Source: Amphiscolops sp. MND2022
Lineage: Eukaryota
Direction: 5' to 3'
NCBI GenBank assembly: GCA_964187785.1
Contig: OZ076409.1
Coordinates: 62,126,001 to 62,190,000 of the forward strand
DNA length: 64,000 nt
Part shown: piece after piece, positions 39,552-51,439 of the stretch
Layout of the letters: every line of letters starts with the position of its first letter
Numbering within the stretch: position 1 is the first letter of the stretch
Notes under the pieces: model-generated
What the model saw: only the letters and a program-made list of their open reading frames with translations
Told to the model about the DNA's origin: nothing
Database searches by the model: none
Position numbers and translations under genes: made by a program

Positions 39552-39966
39552 ATGAACCTCCTGAAACACATTGACCACCTGGATATGCTTTGCGCTGTCT
39601 GTGCAAACATCTTTTCGCATGTTTGGATTTTCCATGATAAACACGCGTTTTGCGATCCGTGCCTCAACCCTGGATCAAAGTGGTTGAGAGGTAAGTTTCA
39701 TAGAACCTTGCTTTCAAAAACTGTTAAGGAAGCTGCTTTCACTTTTTTCTTTCACTGATCATTTTTTTGAGGCGTGTTATTTAGGTTTGTGTATTCGTGG
39801 AAACATTGATAAGCACTTGGTTACAGATTTTAAAAGAAAGAAAACTCATTCAAGATGTCGTTCGAAAATAATGACCACTGTGGTTCACAGGGAAACCGCT
39901 GATCGTGTCCTTTGCGTGAAGTGCCCTGTCTGCAGGAAACAAGGATGCCTGCTCAGGCTGAAATAA
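39552..39966 (+). CDS. Small two-exon RING-finger-like protein (~106 aa); exons 39552-39690, 39785-39966
   Basis: CAVC-x11-DKHAFCDPC ... CPVCR; the GTAAGT...TTTAG intron joins in frame to a stop at 39964-66. Confidence 0.6.
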
Positions 39967-42059
39967 TGACTGAGCCCGAGAGACCCAACGTTTCGTTGAA
40001 ATGATTTTAAAATTTCAAGCATTTCTCAAACTTTCAAGTTTCAAAACTAATTATTTCTTTGCTCTTCAAGAGATAATATTTTTTTTGTGATTTTATTCGC
40101 GAAACAGATCAGAATGTTAATAAATTTCATAACAAAAAATTTCAGGTTGTGCTATTTTTGTTTTCAATATACAAAATTCAATTCAATAGAAGTCGTTTAC
40201 TTTCTGACAACACATCGTACGAAAAGTAGGATACCGTAGTTGACAAGGGGGACAGTTTTTCAGAGCTGGTACGTAACCTTAAAGATGGTTTAGCAACTCT
40301 GTTTCAAATTTGCTCAAGACGGGGATCAGAAAGTACCTGTACTTATGGTGGTTCTCAAAAATGATTGAAATAACTTGAGTCTATAATCGATAACAAACAA
40401 AACAAACAACAACTTGAGTCAAGTGATTTTATCAACTTTTGAAAAACAACAGAGCAGTTGGAACGAACAAAGAAAAATCATTGGTTAAGTGAGGCCCACA
40501 CGTTCTTTTCATTGGTTGAGAGCTACAGTACTGTGATTTCCAGGCTCGATTGTTTCGGAATCGATTGAAAGTTTGAAAAATTGTCAGTATTAAACGATTC
40601 CTAAAAGTTCTAGTTTACTTTAGTATAGTTTTGAAAATTTTCAGACGAAAATTGAGAAAGTTGCAGACAGCTGATTTCGTGCAAAATTGGGTTGTTTGAC
40701 CGTTTTTCTATCCTTTGACTGGTTTATCCACAATATTTAAGCGAGTATTTTGTTCAACTAACTCCCACAAAGCTACTAAATCTGTAGACAAGTTTTGATT
40801 TCAAAAATTATCAATCGTTTTCGAAACATCAGGCATAGTTTTCACATAAAACTCCCAAACCAATCCTATGTGACAACCTATATTTTCTCAGAAACACTGT
40901 AAATTACCCAAACATGAGCTCGTTTTGGGTTTTTTCGTCGCGGAGCTTTTTAACAAGCTAGTGGTTGCTAGAAATGATTACTCACTCTCTGATCTCTGAC
41001 ATTACACAATCCTGCCTATATTCAAACAGCCTTAAACACTGTTGTTCTCCTTAACAGAGAGGCTTTTGCTTCTAATGTTCAGCCTCGGCTTGTACTGAAA
41101 GGAAAAACATACGATGCAAAGGAGCACAAAAGACGAAGGTAATTGGAAACTCCCTTTCGATGAACTGATGGTTTCCGGCGGCCATCAAGGATTGATTTTG
41201 ACAGTAGTTGATAACTTTTTTAGGAAACAACCATCCGACATTTCCGACGCTTGTCTTTTTTTTGGAAACAACTACTCGACATTGCCGACAGTGTCTGTCC
41301 AAAACACAAAAAGATACAATCCAGAACTTTCAACTTTCAAAAGATCAAGGCTGAACAATTGCACTCTAAATCGAAGGTAAAATGTACACAATAACTTATT
41401 GAATGAATAGTAAACTAATAATTGAATAAGGGTCAACAACAAGTCTTTTCGCCTTAAATTATAAGTGAAATTAGAAAATTTATTTAGACTATTGAATAAT
41501 TGGACTATGCGGTAATCATTTGCAGAATGTTTCAACCAAATTACCAAGAAGAACTTTCGAGAATCGTCAAGAATGACAATCATTCGGCACTCCGGAGCAG
41601 TTTTTCCAAACTTCAAGTCGGTGGCAATTTTGGATAGATTCAGATTTCGTTGAAGATTTCAAAAACAGATTCAGATCGTGTTTTTGTCGTGTGCTGGTTT
41701 ATGCGTGTTTTGTTTAACGATAACGAAATTTACTGAGCACATCAAAGAACTCGGAAACGAAAAAGTTCAACATATTGAGTTAACATAATGATCAAGTAGA
41801 ACAACTGTGTCTAGGGACAGGGTGGCTAATGATCGAAGCAACGTAACGATCATTGGATGGTTTGAATTCTGAAACAAAAGTATTGAATTTGACTACCACT
41901 TCATCAAAATCAGTTCGAAGTTTTTTTGAAGAAAATCAGAAAAGATTTTCAACCACATGATTAGTTCTGAGTTGATCATTATCATTGACATTAACGTTAT
42001 GTAAATTAAAACGAAACAACCAGGCAATAACTGAAATGGCAAACAAACTTACTACGGTC

Positions 42060-44600
42060 TTGAACGAGGGTTCTTCTTTTTGGCACTTTGTGCAAACCTA
42101 TGACAGTCTGTGATGGTCGCGGGTGAACATACGTGATGGCTTGGGTTCGTCAAGATCAGGTCTTCGCCGCAAAAAAGTGAGGCTCTCCTCAGAAATTGCT
42201 TCTTTCGAGACCCTCACGCCATTCTGGTCCATAACCCAGCTCCTTCTTCTGAAGCAAGGCTTGGGGCTTGGTTTGTAGTTGAGGAGACGTCTAAACGACC
42301 TTCTACCATGGTGACAATTGCACGTTTCGGCAGTAGCATCGAGCCCAAAATCACCAGTCAAGTGCCTGATTGAACGTTCTCGTAACAGTGTCTGGTCTAT
42401 GACAAGGTCTGTGTGGTAGTCACAAACTATTTCCGATTCTTTGATTAAGGCAGTTGTGACCAAACCTCGGCTGACAGAACCATTCTCGAACATTATTTTT
42501 TCCCAAATTTGGAAACTCTTACAGAAGTACTCATGTAATTTTGAGGTGTTCACAAAAGTTGATTTCAGCTCGGAAAAACATGCTCATGCCTATTTCGAGA
42601 TCCGTCTCAATTACTTCACGTACTGTACGTCTAGTGCTTCGTCTAACATCGGTATTTGAAGGCTTCCACGCTAACATCGTGTTGTATACAATTTTTGCAT
42701 GATCAGACCAACAACGACTGCGGACTAATTTCGCTACGCAATCTCTGGACTGTTGAGTTGGTCCATGGAAGTAAATAATAATTTTCTGGACACGCAAACT
42801 TTGTAGCGGAAGTGTTCCTTCACACGTCCTCCGAGATTCTTTGCTGCTGTCGCATCTTCACAAACTCTTCTCATGATTTCTTGGCGGCATTGGGCCGGCG
42901 TCGGAATAGTGTCGACGGGATTATTTGGAGGAAGAAATTTTTTTTCATCTGAAAAAAACCAAAAAAAACTAGAGTTTTGTAGGATTTTTGTTCAAAGAAT
43001 ACCTTTAAAGTCCAAATTACTCAAAAATATTCGTAGACGAATGAAAAGCAAAAGGATCGAAAGAAAAATTTAGCTGTGCTCATGGCAGGGACCCAATTCA
43101 ATCCAAAAACGTATTTTAGTGCGCACAATGTATACCAAAATATTTAATTTTTTGAGTTGATACTGGCAAAACTATCACTGAAGTAGAACAGTTGCTTTTT
43201 TGAAGTGGGGGACATCGAAGTCATCTCTACTTGCTTCAACTGTCTTTGAGCTGCTGAATCGGAAACATGGGTGTTGGTTGGTGGAGTTTTTGGTTGCCTG
43301 CGAGATCACTTCCACTGTTGAACTTACAGTTGCATCATTTTCGAGAAGTGTTGGAGTTGGCTCGTAGACAAGGCTTCTTTTAGCTTCCTGTGGGCTGCGT
43401 TCATTTTGTTTTGAAAGTTCTCACCAGTTCTGGCAACATTCAATTGTTTTTTTACTTGTGAATTAAGGGTGAAAATTGTGAATTGTGTTTCTTCTTGAGG
43501 GTCCTGTGAGAAAATTGTCTTCGAAAACATCGAATGCACGTGTCCAAAATTGGCACACATGTTTGAAACTGACTGTATATCATAACTTTTTTCTCGAACT
43601 CGTTAAACTTTAGAGCCCTCTTAAATTTGTACTTGTTTCCATCTGTCACAGCACAAACATATTGACCATTTTCTTTCTTGACGAAGTTCACAAAATCATA
43701 CACTATGAACTTCCTGAGAAGTCGGGCAGGGTAATTGTTGATGACACACCAGATGATCTTGAGCAACTGGAACATAATCATGGCTGCTTCTTTTCGAGGA
43801 ACCCGGTCAATTTGCACCAGATGCTCGACACGAGAGCGTCCTTTTGATCATTTCGACATGACGCTCAACAGTTCGCCACTATCACTTGCATCCCGGGCCG
43901 CCGCTGGCAGGTGTTCGAGGGGAGAAGCCATTACGATACATATGCCGCAAAACTGGAATTTATCATCAAGTGTAAAGTGTATTTTCCTTAAAACGAGAGC
44001 GAACCGTATTCTAATTAAACAGTGCATCGTGTTCATCGCGGATTTTGATGCACAGTGTAATCAAAAATTGCGGATTGTGATCATTGAGCGTAATTAGAGA
44101 CAAGTGGAAACCAGTAAAGAATTTTGGTACACACCGTGAGTGAAAATGACTCTAATCAATGCATCCATTCGTATGTGAAGAGGAAACCAGTCAAAGTACG
44201 TAATTGTAGAGAGTGTAAACTAGTCATTTACTGTATGTTGATCAATACACGTAACGCCAAATGACACAGTGTGAGGAGCAAAACATGTAACGCGTTTTTG
44301 AAATAATGACGAGTTTTTATTAGCTGTTAATCGAACTAGCAAGATCTTGCTAGTCCGTTGCGGCATATGTATCGTGATGACATAGTTGCTCCCGTTGGAA
44401 TTGACCACGTCGATTTGCTCAATAGTGCGGCCAAGTTCGTCAATGGCGCATGATTCGGATGTGGTGTTGCATGGGGTGATTCAATCCTTCCGGGCGTTGG
44501 CACTAGAAATTTCAGGCTGCTCATGATGGCCTGGGCGTTTCCCTGATGGAGTTTGATAACCTTAAAGTACAATAATCATGTTTCTTAGTACAATGACTAA
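42060..44600 (-). pseudogene. Element-2 homologue of the recombinase-like + SET gene; disrupted and MITE-interrupted
   Basis: SET: QIWEKI..SRGLVTTALIKESEIVCDYH...LDATAETCNCHHGRRSFRRLLNY (42250-42520). Upstream frames 43324-43817 are only weakly recombinase-like. 5' extent uncertain; may include the exon at 45655-46160. Confidence 0.62.
43929..44379. mobile_element. 451-bp CATTAC-family MITE
   Basis: TIR CAT(T/C)ACGATACATATGCCGCAA; flanks GC/AC (2-bp TSD, one mismatch). Removal rejoins minus-strand frames VNSNGSNY+ASPLEHLP. Confidence 0.9.
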
Positions 44601-45648
44601 ACATAAAACTGAATTGTTTCGAAAGATTTTTAATGGAAAAAGTTCGATCTTTGACCTGGAGCTTCTTGAGAACGGAAAAACTTCTCTCCATGGCGCAGCT
44701 AGTTGGGAGACAACTTTGTAGTTTCTCAACAAGGCCGAGTGAAACCCCATCTTTCGAATAATTGATGTTCTGCGCAGTATTCTAAATGTATATACCTTAA
44801 TTGTACCAAAAATCAAAAATTGACCTACCTGAGAATTCTGCAAAAATTAACCCTCTTTTGGCCGTATTGACTTTATTGACATTATGGGCGCCCTCGTTTT
44901 GAAGTGGTAATTCGACTTGAATAACAAGCCTAATTGATTCTTTGAAAATGATGATATTTTAAATAGGAGAAAGCAGATATATCCGAAGAAATCCAGAAAA
45001 ATTGAATGCATTCAATCATCTAAAAAATCCAATGTTTATCCTACACTGATTTTTCAGCTCAACAGTTTACTCAGCTGAGCTTGAAAACATCCGGTTTTTG
45101 CAAAAACAGTTTCGATGTTCTTTGAGTGATTTCAAAATTTCGGTCCCTGGCGTGAGATCCATTCCAAGGCATCAATTTTTTCAAAACAATCAATTAGACT
45201 TTCATTTATACACACAATGAGAATTGGAGTGGAATCAGAATAAAATAGTTTTTCTGTCTAGGAACACTGCAGCAGATGACGCAGCAAAACATGATTTATT
45301 AACGTCTTTACGAATTTGATGATCTTTATGTGAAATCGGAAAATTATTTCAAACGAATTATAACGGCAGGATCAGATTCGACGTCAAGTTTTGGACAAAA
45401 ATTAGTTCAGAAAGTATCATTCAACTTTGTCAAAACTGAGAGAAACATACAATTTGATCAAAGTTTGTCCAGGTTTACAAAATTGTGAAAATTTTTTTGA
45501 CTAACAATTATTTTGTTATTCTAGCATTTTTCATTTCGTTCGCAATTCTGAGCAATGGACTTGCAATGCGTTGGACTGCTACCCAGTTATGTAGAGCACT
45601 TTGTTCCGTAAGACGTATCTGACATCAGACGACAGTCAATTATTTAAC

Positions 45649-46161
45649 TTACTCACATTGAGTGTCAATACCTTGGTTGATTGACGATTTTACGAAGCCT
45701 GATCGTTTCACGTCAGGAACAACGTGCTTTACGTTACTGGAACTATCAACAGAAGACAAATAGCCCAGAGGAAAAAGCATAACATGTCCATGGAAACATT
45801 TTAAAGTACCAAAAAATGTTATACCTGTTTGATTCTCAGCGATTATTGCTTGTATTGATGAGTTCGATTGAACGAGGTCATATATATCAGCCTCATCGTG
45901 AAGATGAAATATTTGACTTGCCAGAACACGAGCAGGCGCGAAATCATGAATAACTTCTTGTACACTCCCATCATCATTCAAGTGTCGGGCAACAATTTGC
46001 TCGACAGCAATGTTGACAGAAGTTTGGGAAGATGTGTTTTGAGAAGAAGATGCGTTCAGCATTTTGGAAAATTTCGATTTGATTCTCGAATTTAAGAGAT
46101 CAGTATACTCTAGCAGTAAAACCAGCCTTACAAGTGGTGAAATTCGTCCTTGTTGCGACAA
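45649..46161 (-). CDS. Probable exon of an element-2 gene, unknown function
   Basis: 170-aa open frame ending at a GTGAGT donor-like site (~45658); no motif recognised. Confidence 0.4.
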   Translation of the reverse strand: MSQQGRISPLVRLVLLLEYTDLLNSRIKSKFSKMLNASSSQNTSSQTSVNIAVEQIVARHLNDDGSVQEVIHDFAPARVLASQIFHLHDEADIYDLVQSNSSIQAIIAENQTGITFFGTLKCFHGHVMLFPLGYLSSVDSSSNVKHVVPDVKRSGFVKSSINQGIDTQCE

Positions 46162-46419
46162 TATAGTTGAGAAGTTTGAATAAAATTGAGGCTCTGAACT
46201 TGACGAGGAATTGATTTCGAATTATGAATTTAAAAACCTAATGTCTATTTGGGCTTACGAAGTGTCAAAAGACTATGAAAATTTTGTGGTAATCTGTGTA
46301 ATCCAAAAACTGGTCATTCAGCGTGAGTCAGTCAAGACGGTCTATGCCTGGACGGTGTAGATTTGATGACAAAATCGTTCAATGTCCATTCTAGCATCAT
46401 TATCCAATCACTGAATAAT

Positions 46420-46765
46420 TATCATCTATATCCGAATGTCTAAGTTTCAACCTTATTGATTCAAACTAACGCCCAGTCAAAATACTCTGGAACAACTTGA
46501 CCCAAGTTAGTTTTGTGGTTTGAATTTCAACCAAGAATAATTATTGAATGAAATGTGCCTTGTAATGATGATCATCATCATCATAGGCGGCATCATCCAT
46601 TCCTAATAATTGAATAAGAATGAATAGCATCATTACATAGACTAGTTTCCCATTATGCATTTCATCTGGTTATCCGAAAATCTAATATTTGACCTAATTG
46701 ATTCAATTTAACGCCCCGTCAAAATACTTCGGAATTTTATTCATTTTAGTTTTGTGGTTTAATTT
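46420..46765. repeat. Direct duplication, ~240-bp offset
   Basis: TATCCGAA..TCTAA..TT..ACCT.ATTGATTCAA..TAACGCCC.GTCAAAATACT at ~46428 and ~46670. Confidence 0.8.
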
Positions 46766-46968
46766 GTTTTTGTGGCTGTGACAAAATCAAGGTGAAGTCA
46801 TTCAAAACATTCAAGTTTGAATTGAAGTCAGTTCAAGTTGAAGTTATTTTCTAACTTAGTTTGCTTGAAGCAACATAATATTAGTCTCATCTCACTGCAA
46901 AGACACCGAATCTAGTCCTCTTAAACCTATTACTAGTACCGAGTCTTGAACCCAGTGCCTAGCAGACA

Positions 46969-48835
46969 TTGCAGACATTCTCCAAAAATTTCAAAACCGG
47001 AGAACTCCTGCAAGGTTTCGAGGAAGAATGTGGACTTTGGCGATCAGCTCACGTCACCGAATTTCACCAAACTCATGATGTTTTAAACTTTGTTTCCCTT
47101 TCGGTACTCATTTTAAGATCTGGAGTTTTTAAAAGTTGGTCTTTCATAATATTCCCACTTCCCAATAATATTCCCACTTCCCAAATTTCTGTTTTCCACC
47201 GTGGCAAACAGTGTACCACGTTACATTGTTTGCCCCAGATTAGATGTAAAATTGTTCGATATTTCTACTGTGGAAATACCGTTCTACAAAGACGTCTACA
47301 ATAGTGACTCTAAAAGAGACAACATAGCACGCGGAAAGAAAGCAAATGAACAAATCTCATTGGCTGATCAAGGTCTCACGCGCTCTTTTCATTGGTCAAG
47401 AGCGAATGCCAAAACATCTTTTTTTATTTTTTTTTGAAGTTTTGACCCACTCACAATTTTTTGATCTCAGAATAATTTTGACGGAAAATTTTTCCCAAGA
47501 ACTTCGAAAGTGACAATACATTTTGTTCCCGTAAAACTTAGCAGTACGAACTTGTTTCAAGTGGCTATATTTCGTATCCTATTACATGAATTTCCGGAAT
47601 GTCTGATTTGGACAAAAAATTTCTCTAAATTTTTGAGCAAAGGTTTTTTTGAACTTCTTTTCCGAATAAACATATTTAAAAACTAGATAAAAATCTAAGA
47701 AATGTTCACTTTCATCATTTTTCAGAAATCGCTGCTGTTTCGATTTCGAGATTCGCATTTCGAGATTTGCATTCTGTTGCTTTTAGAAGTGTCACTACTG
47801 TACATGAGTTTTGTTCAATAAGTTACGTTTTAAAGTGTTTTTTATTTCCAGGCGAAAGTCAAATGGTTGGATTACATCTCAAAACATGCAACAGGCGTCA
47901 TTCAAGCACCCCCAAAACTCCATGACTTTCCCGCGAAACGGCCCGTCCGACAAAACGAAACGCCAATTCCAAGCTACAGCTGTAGCGTTGAACTGACACT
48001 GAGCCTTGATGTTCTGGGCTACATGAAAGAAAAACGTGTTAGGAACGACAAATTTCAATATACACTAGCCCAGGCTGAAGACGGCGTCCGAAACATAGGG
48101 GACATCGGAAAAAGTTTCGTAATGAAAAACCATCCCATCCGTGAAGAGATGTTGATATCGCCAGTGGTGACACCAATAGAGGAAAACCTGTTTCCGATGA
48201 ACAACTGGAAAAAGTGAATTTGGTCACCATCAAATATTACCAATTTCGATGCGGATCGTCACAAAAGGCACCATCAGTATTCAAAAAAGTCACATTCGAA
48301 GACCCGAGGACTCCTTGGATGAATTTGACGACCCGGAAGAACACTTTATTTCAAGTTGCAACAAAAACACCGTTATGGTGTCAGCCGAATAGAGGCCACG
48401 ATCCCCGCCAAGAGGCCCAAAAAGAAGACTAAAATTGATCTAAAGCAGACGTTAGTGTAATGGGCCTATTCTAACATGAAAAACTTGCTGATGAATTCCC
48501 TCAGTGGAAGCAGCGAAAACAAAGACATTAAGTAAGAATTTGCCCCTTGGACTGCTGCGACGATTCTTGCGTTTGGTATCATAAATGGACCAATGACATT
48601 CCCCATAAAAGAAGACGGCCCTTTTTCGACATCAGCATAGGACGACATACTGGGCAACCAATGGGACAAAGTTGCGGATGGAACCGCTGTCGTTCGGTCT
48701 CTGAAGTTTAAAGTTGACAAAACATCAACTCTAATTTTCAACTGAAACATTTATGTTCACGCGACACTCGTATGCAATGTGAATTTCAAGACAGTGAAAA
48801 ATTATGGGTTTCACGTTGAAGAACTTTGCTCCTAA
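46969..48835 (+). pseudogene. Element-2 homologue of the Tudor-like + WD-x-x-LG-x-x-WD gene
   Basis: N-terminal FKTGELLQGFEEECGLWRSAHV; C-terminal EFAPWTAAT...*DDILGNQWD (48535-48670), matching LVPCTS...WDTVLGRNWD of element 1. Confidence 0.55.
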
Positions 48836-49449
48836 TTTCATATTCATGTATCATGTAACTTTTATTCAAATGGTGTGATCATCAAATGCTTACGATCAAG
48901 ATTGTTGCATTTATTATGAAAGTAAAATAAATTAAAATTCAATATTGGAATTTTCAGGTTAGCGTGTTTCTTGATTAGAAGTCATTGGAGAACAAAATTG
49001 TACCTGTAGGGGCACTTTGTTACAATGCGCTTACCCCAGGGACCAAAATTAGCTGCAACTGACATCAAAAACTGACTGACAAACGTTGATAGAATGTTTG
49101 ATGTGATTGCGCTCTCGACATGGACCAAACTTCAGGATTTTGTTTGAGAGTAAAGAAACCAGTTATCGTAAACGTTTTCTTTACTCTCAACCAAGTTTCT
49201 GAATTTTGGTCTCCATCGTATGAGGGACTTATTTTATTTAGGTTAGGACGACCAAAGTTCGGCGCTTGAAAAGTGTTCGAACCAACTTATATCCTGTTCC
49301 TTAGTAACTGATTCAGATTCAATATAGAAGAAATGATCGTTTTGAAGGGGGGGGGGGTAAACCACATTTTGTTTGAAAATATACTATACTTAAAGTTTTT
49401 ATTAAGGTGACTAAACTTTAAGATAGCTAAAGTCTACCGAAAGGAAACA

Positions 49450-50000
49450 AAACTATCAATATGTTACCTAACCTTTTGTTGAAATTTCTAAAAAGAGAGA
49501 GGATTCAACGGTCAACCGTTTTTGCTTGATTTCACGTATTGATAAATTTAGAAGCTAAATTTTTCCTCTCGAAGCTAAAAATACGGACCAGCTACTTCTG
49601 CTTTCAGAAGTGTATTGTAACAGTGGTGAGAAAGTTTCACCATTGAACTGTCGATCATCAATTTTCGAATTCATGTTGGCGTTCATAGTTACCAACACGT
49701 CAATGATATTGCTGTCAAAAATACAAATTCTGACTGCCAATTTTCAGAACACTTCATTTGATTCATTCATAGCAGCCAATGATTGCAATGAAAACGAACG
49801 TTTATTCCCATTTCAACGAACGATTATAAGTAAGCTCAGGATTTATATGTCTATCCAAATTCCATGTATTACTCCATATTTCGCCTTAAATAGTTTTGTA
49901 TCCATATTGATAAAAAAATTCCATATTTAGCTGGATTGTAATATTTCTGAGAAATGATGATAAGCTTTTCTGAGAAGCGACCGATTAACAATCACTAATT
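49450..50000 (-). pseudogene. Possible Ulp1/C48 SUMO-protease relic
   Basis: Ordered fragments in broken frames: GIWID, HCNHWLL, ICIFDSN, NQAKTVDR* (GAC CGT TGA is two changes from D-C-G). Spacing is imperfect. Confidence 0.33.
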
Positions 50001-51439
50001 TCAGTATTTCTCAGAAATATATACTGTTTTATTTTTACATATTCCAACGCTTCTTCCGTATTTCACTTTTAATATTGATTAGTCATCAACCAAACGGTAA
50101 AACATTCGTCATTTTGCTTGAAGTCGCACATTATTGAGCATAAAAAGTTTTGGTCTCGAGAATTTAGTCAATTGAAAAAAGCGTTTTGCATCCGTGTTTC
50201 GGTGTTTGTTTTTCATATTTTATAGCATGTTTCTGCGTACTAAATTTGATATAAAGCCAACGCCTACTCACAAGGGAAATTCGTCTCTTCGAGAAGATCT
50301 GATTACCGCCTACTTAATTTGAATTTTACCGCAATCAGATTTGAAGTACGTCAAAGCAGGCGCCTACTGACCAAATAAAATAGTACGGACACAGTTCCCT
50401 CTCAATGATGAATCGCCGCATTGGCCAAATAAGGTAGCTTTCTCTTAGGAAGGGAACCGTTCGTACCTTATAAGCAAAGAGAGCTCTAAGTTGAAAGTTT
50501 CGTTTCATTATAAGGTAAGACCTATTGGCATCTTTTTTGAAGCCATGAGTAGCTGTAACAAAACTTCAAATTTGATGAATCGTAAACAAAGGAATGAAAC
50601 AGTTCGTTCAGTTTCAGAGTGAACTTCACTGACTTTTGAAAATCTTTCGTTTACAAGGCGCGATGGCAATTAATTTTAAACTATCGGCTTTTTAATCTTG
50701 TCGTTAACTTCCTTCATTTCGTACAAAGCGTATAAGAGAGTTTTATTAGTTTGTTTTATTAGACAAACTAGTATTAGTTATTTTCATTAGAATAGTTTCG
50801 TACATTTGATATTTATAACTCTACAGAGGGATGTAAAAACTGTGTATTGAAAACATCGACAATACAAAACAGTATTTCTTGAAGAAGTTATATATTTTAA
50901 CGTCGATATTTTTTGATACATTGTTTTTTTACATCCCTGTTTAGAGTTATAAAACTTTGTGATTGGGAGAGGGGAGAGGGGGAATTTCACGAAAGCCCAG
51001 TTCTCTTTTTTGTTTTATTGGGGGTTTGAATAAATGGGTTGTATTGATGGGGAGTTTTTATTTCATATTAGGATGATAAGTTTTCCAAATTGTTTTTGGA
51101 GAAATTTTGGCTGATGCTCACGGCAGGCGTCAAAAAACGGATCAGTGTAGAGATCATGGATCACGACCGGGATCAAACTTTTAAAGTTTACCAAATAATC
51201 TATGGGTTTCTTTCTGTTAATTCAGCCAGCAAGTTCCAATCTCTATCGAAGTGTTTCCGCCCAGTGTTCAGAAAATTCTTCAAACGATTTCTGAAATACA
51301 TCTTTCGCTATTACCAGCAGAAAACAAAAGGTACGTTTGATGGGGAAAAGTAGTTTGGATCTGTTCAGCTCCAAGAATTTTTGCCCCTCTTCAAAAAGTC
51401 TCTCATTGTTCTTCTTCTCATCAATTTTTTGTGACATAC

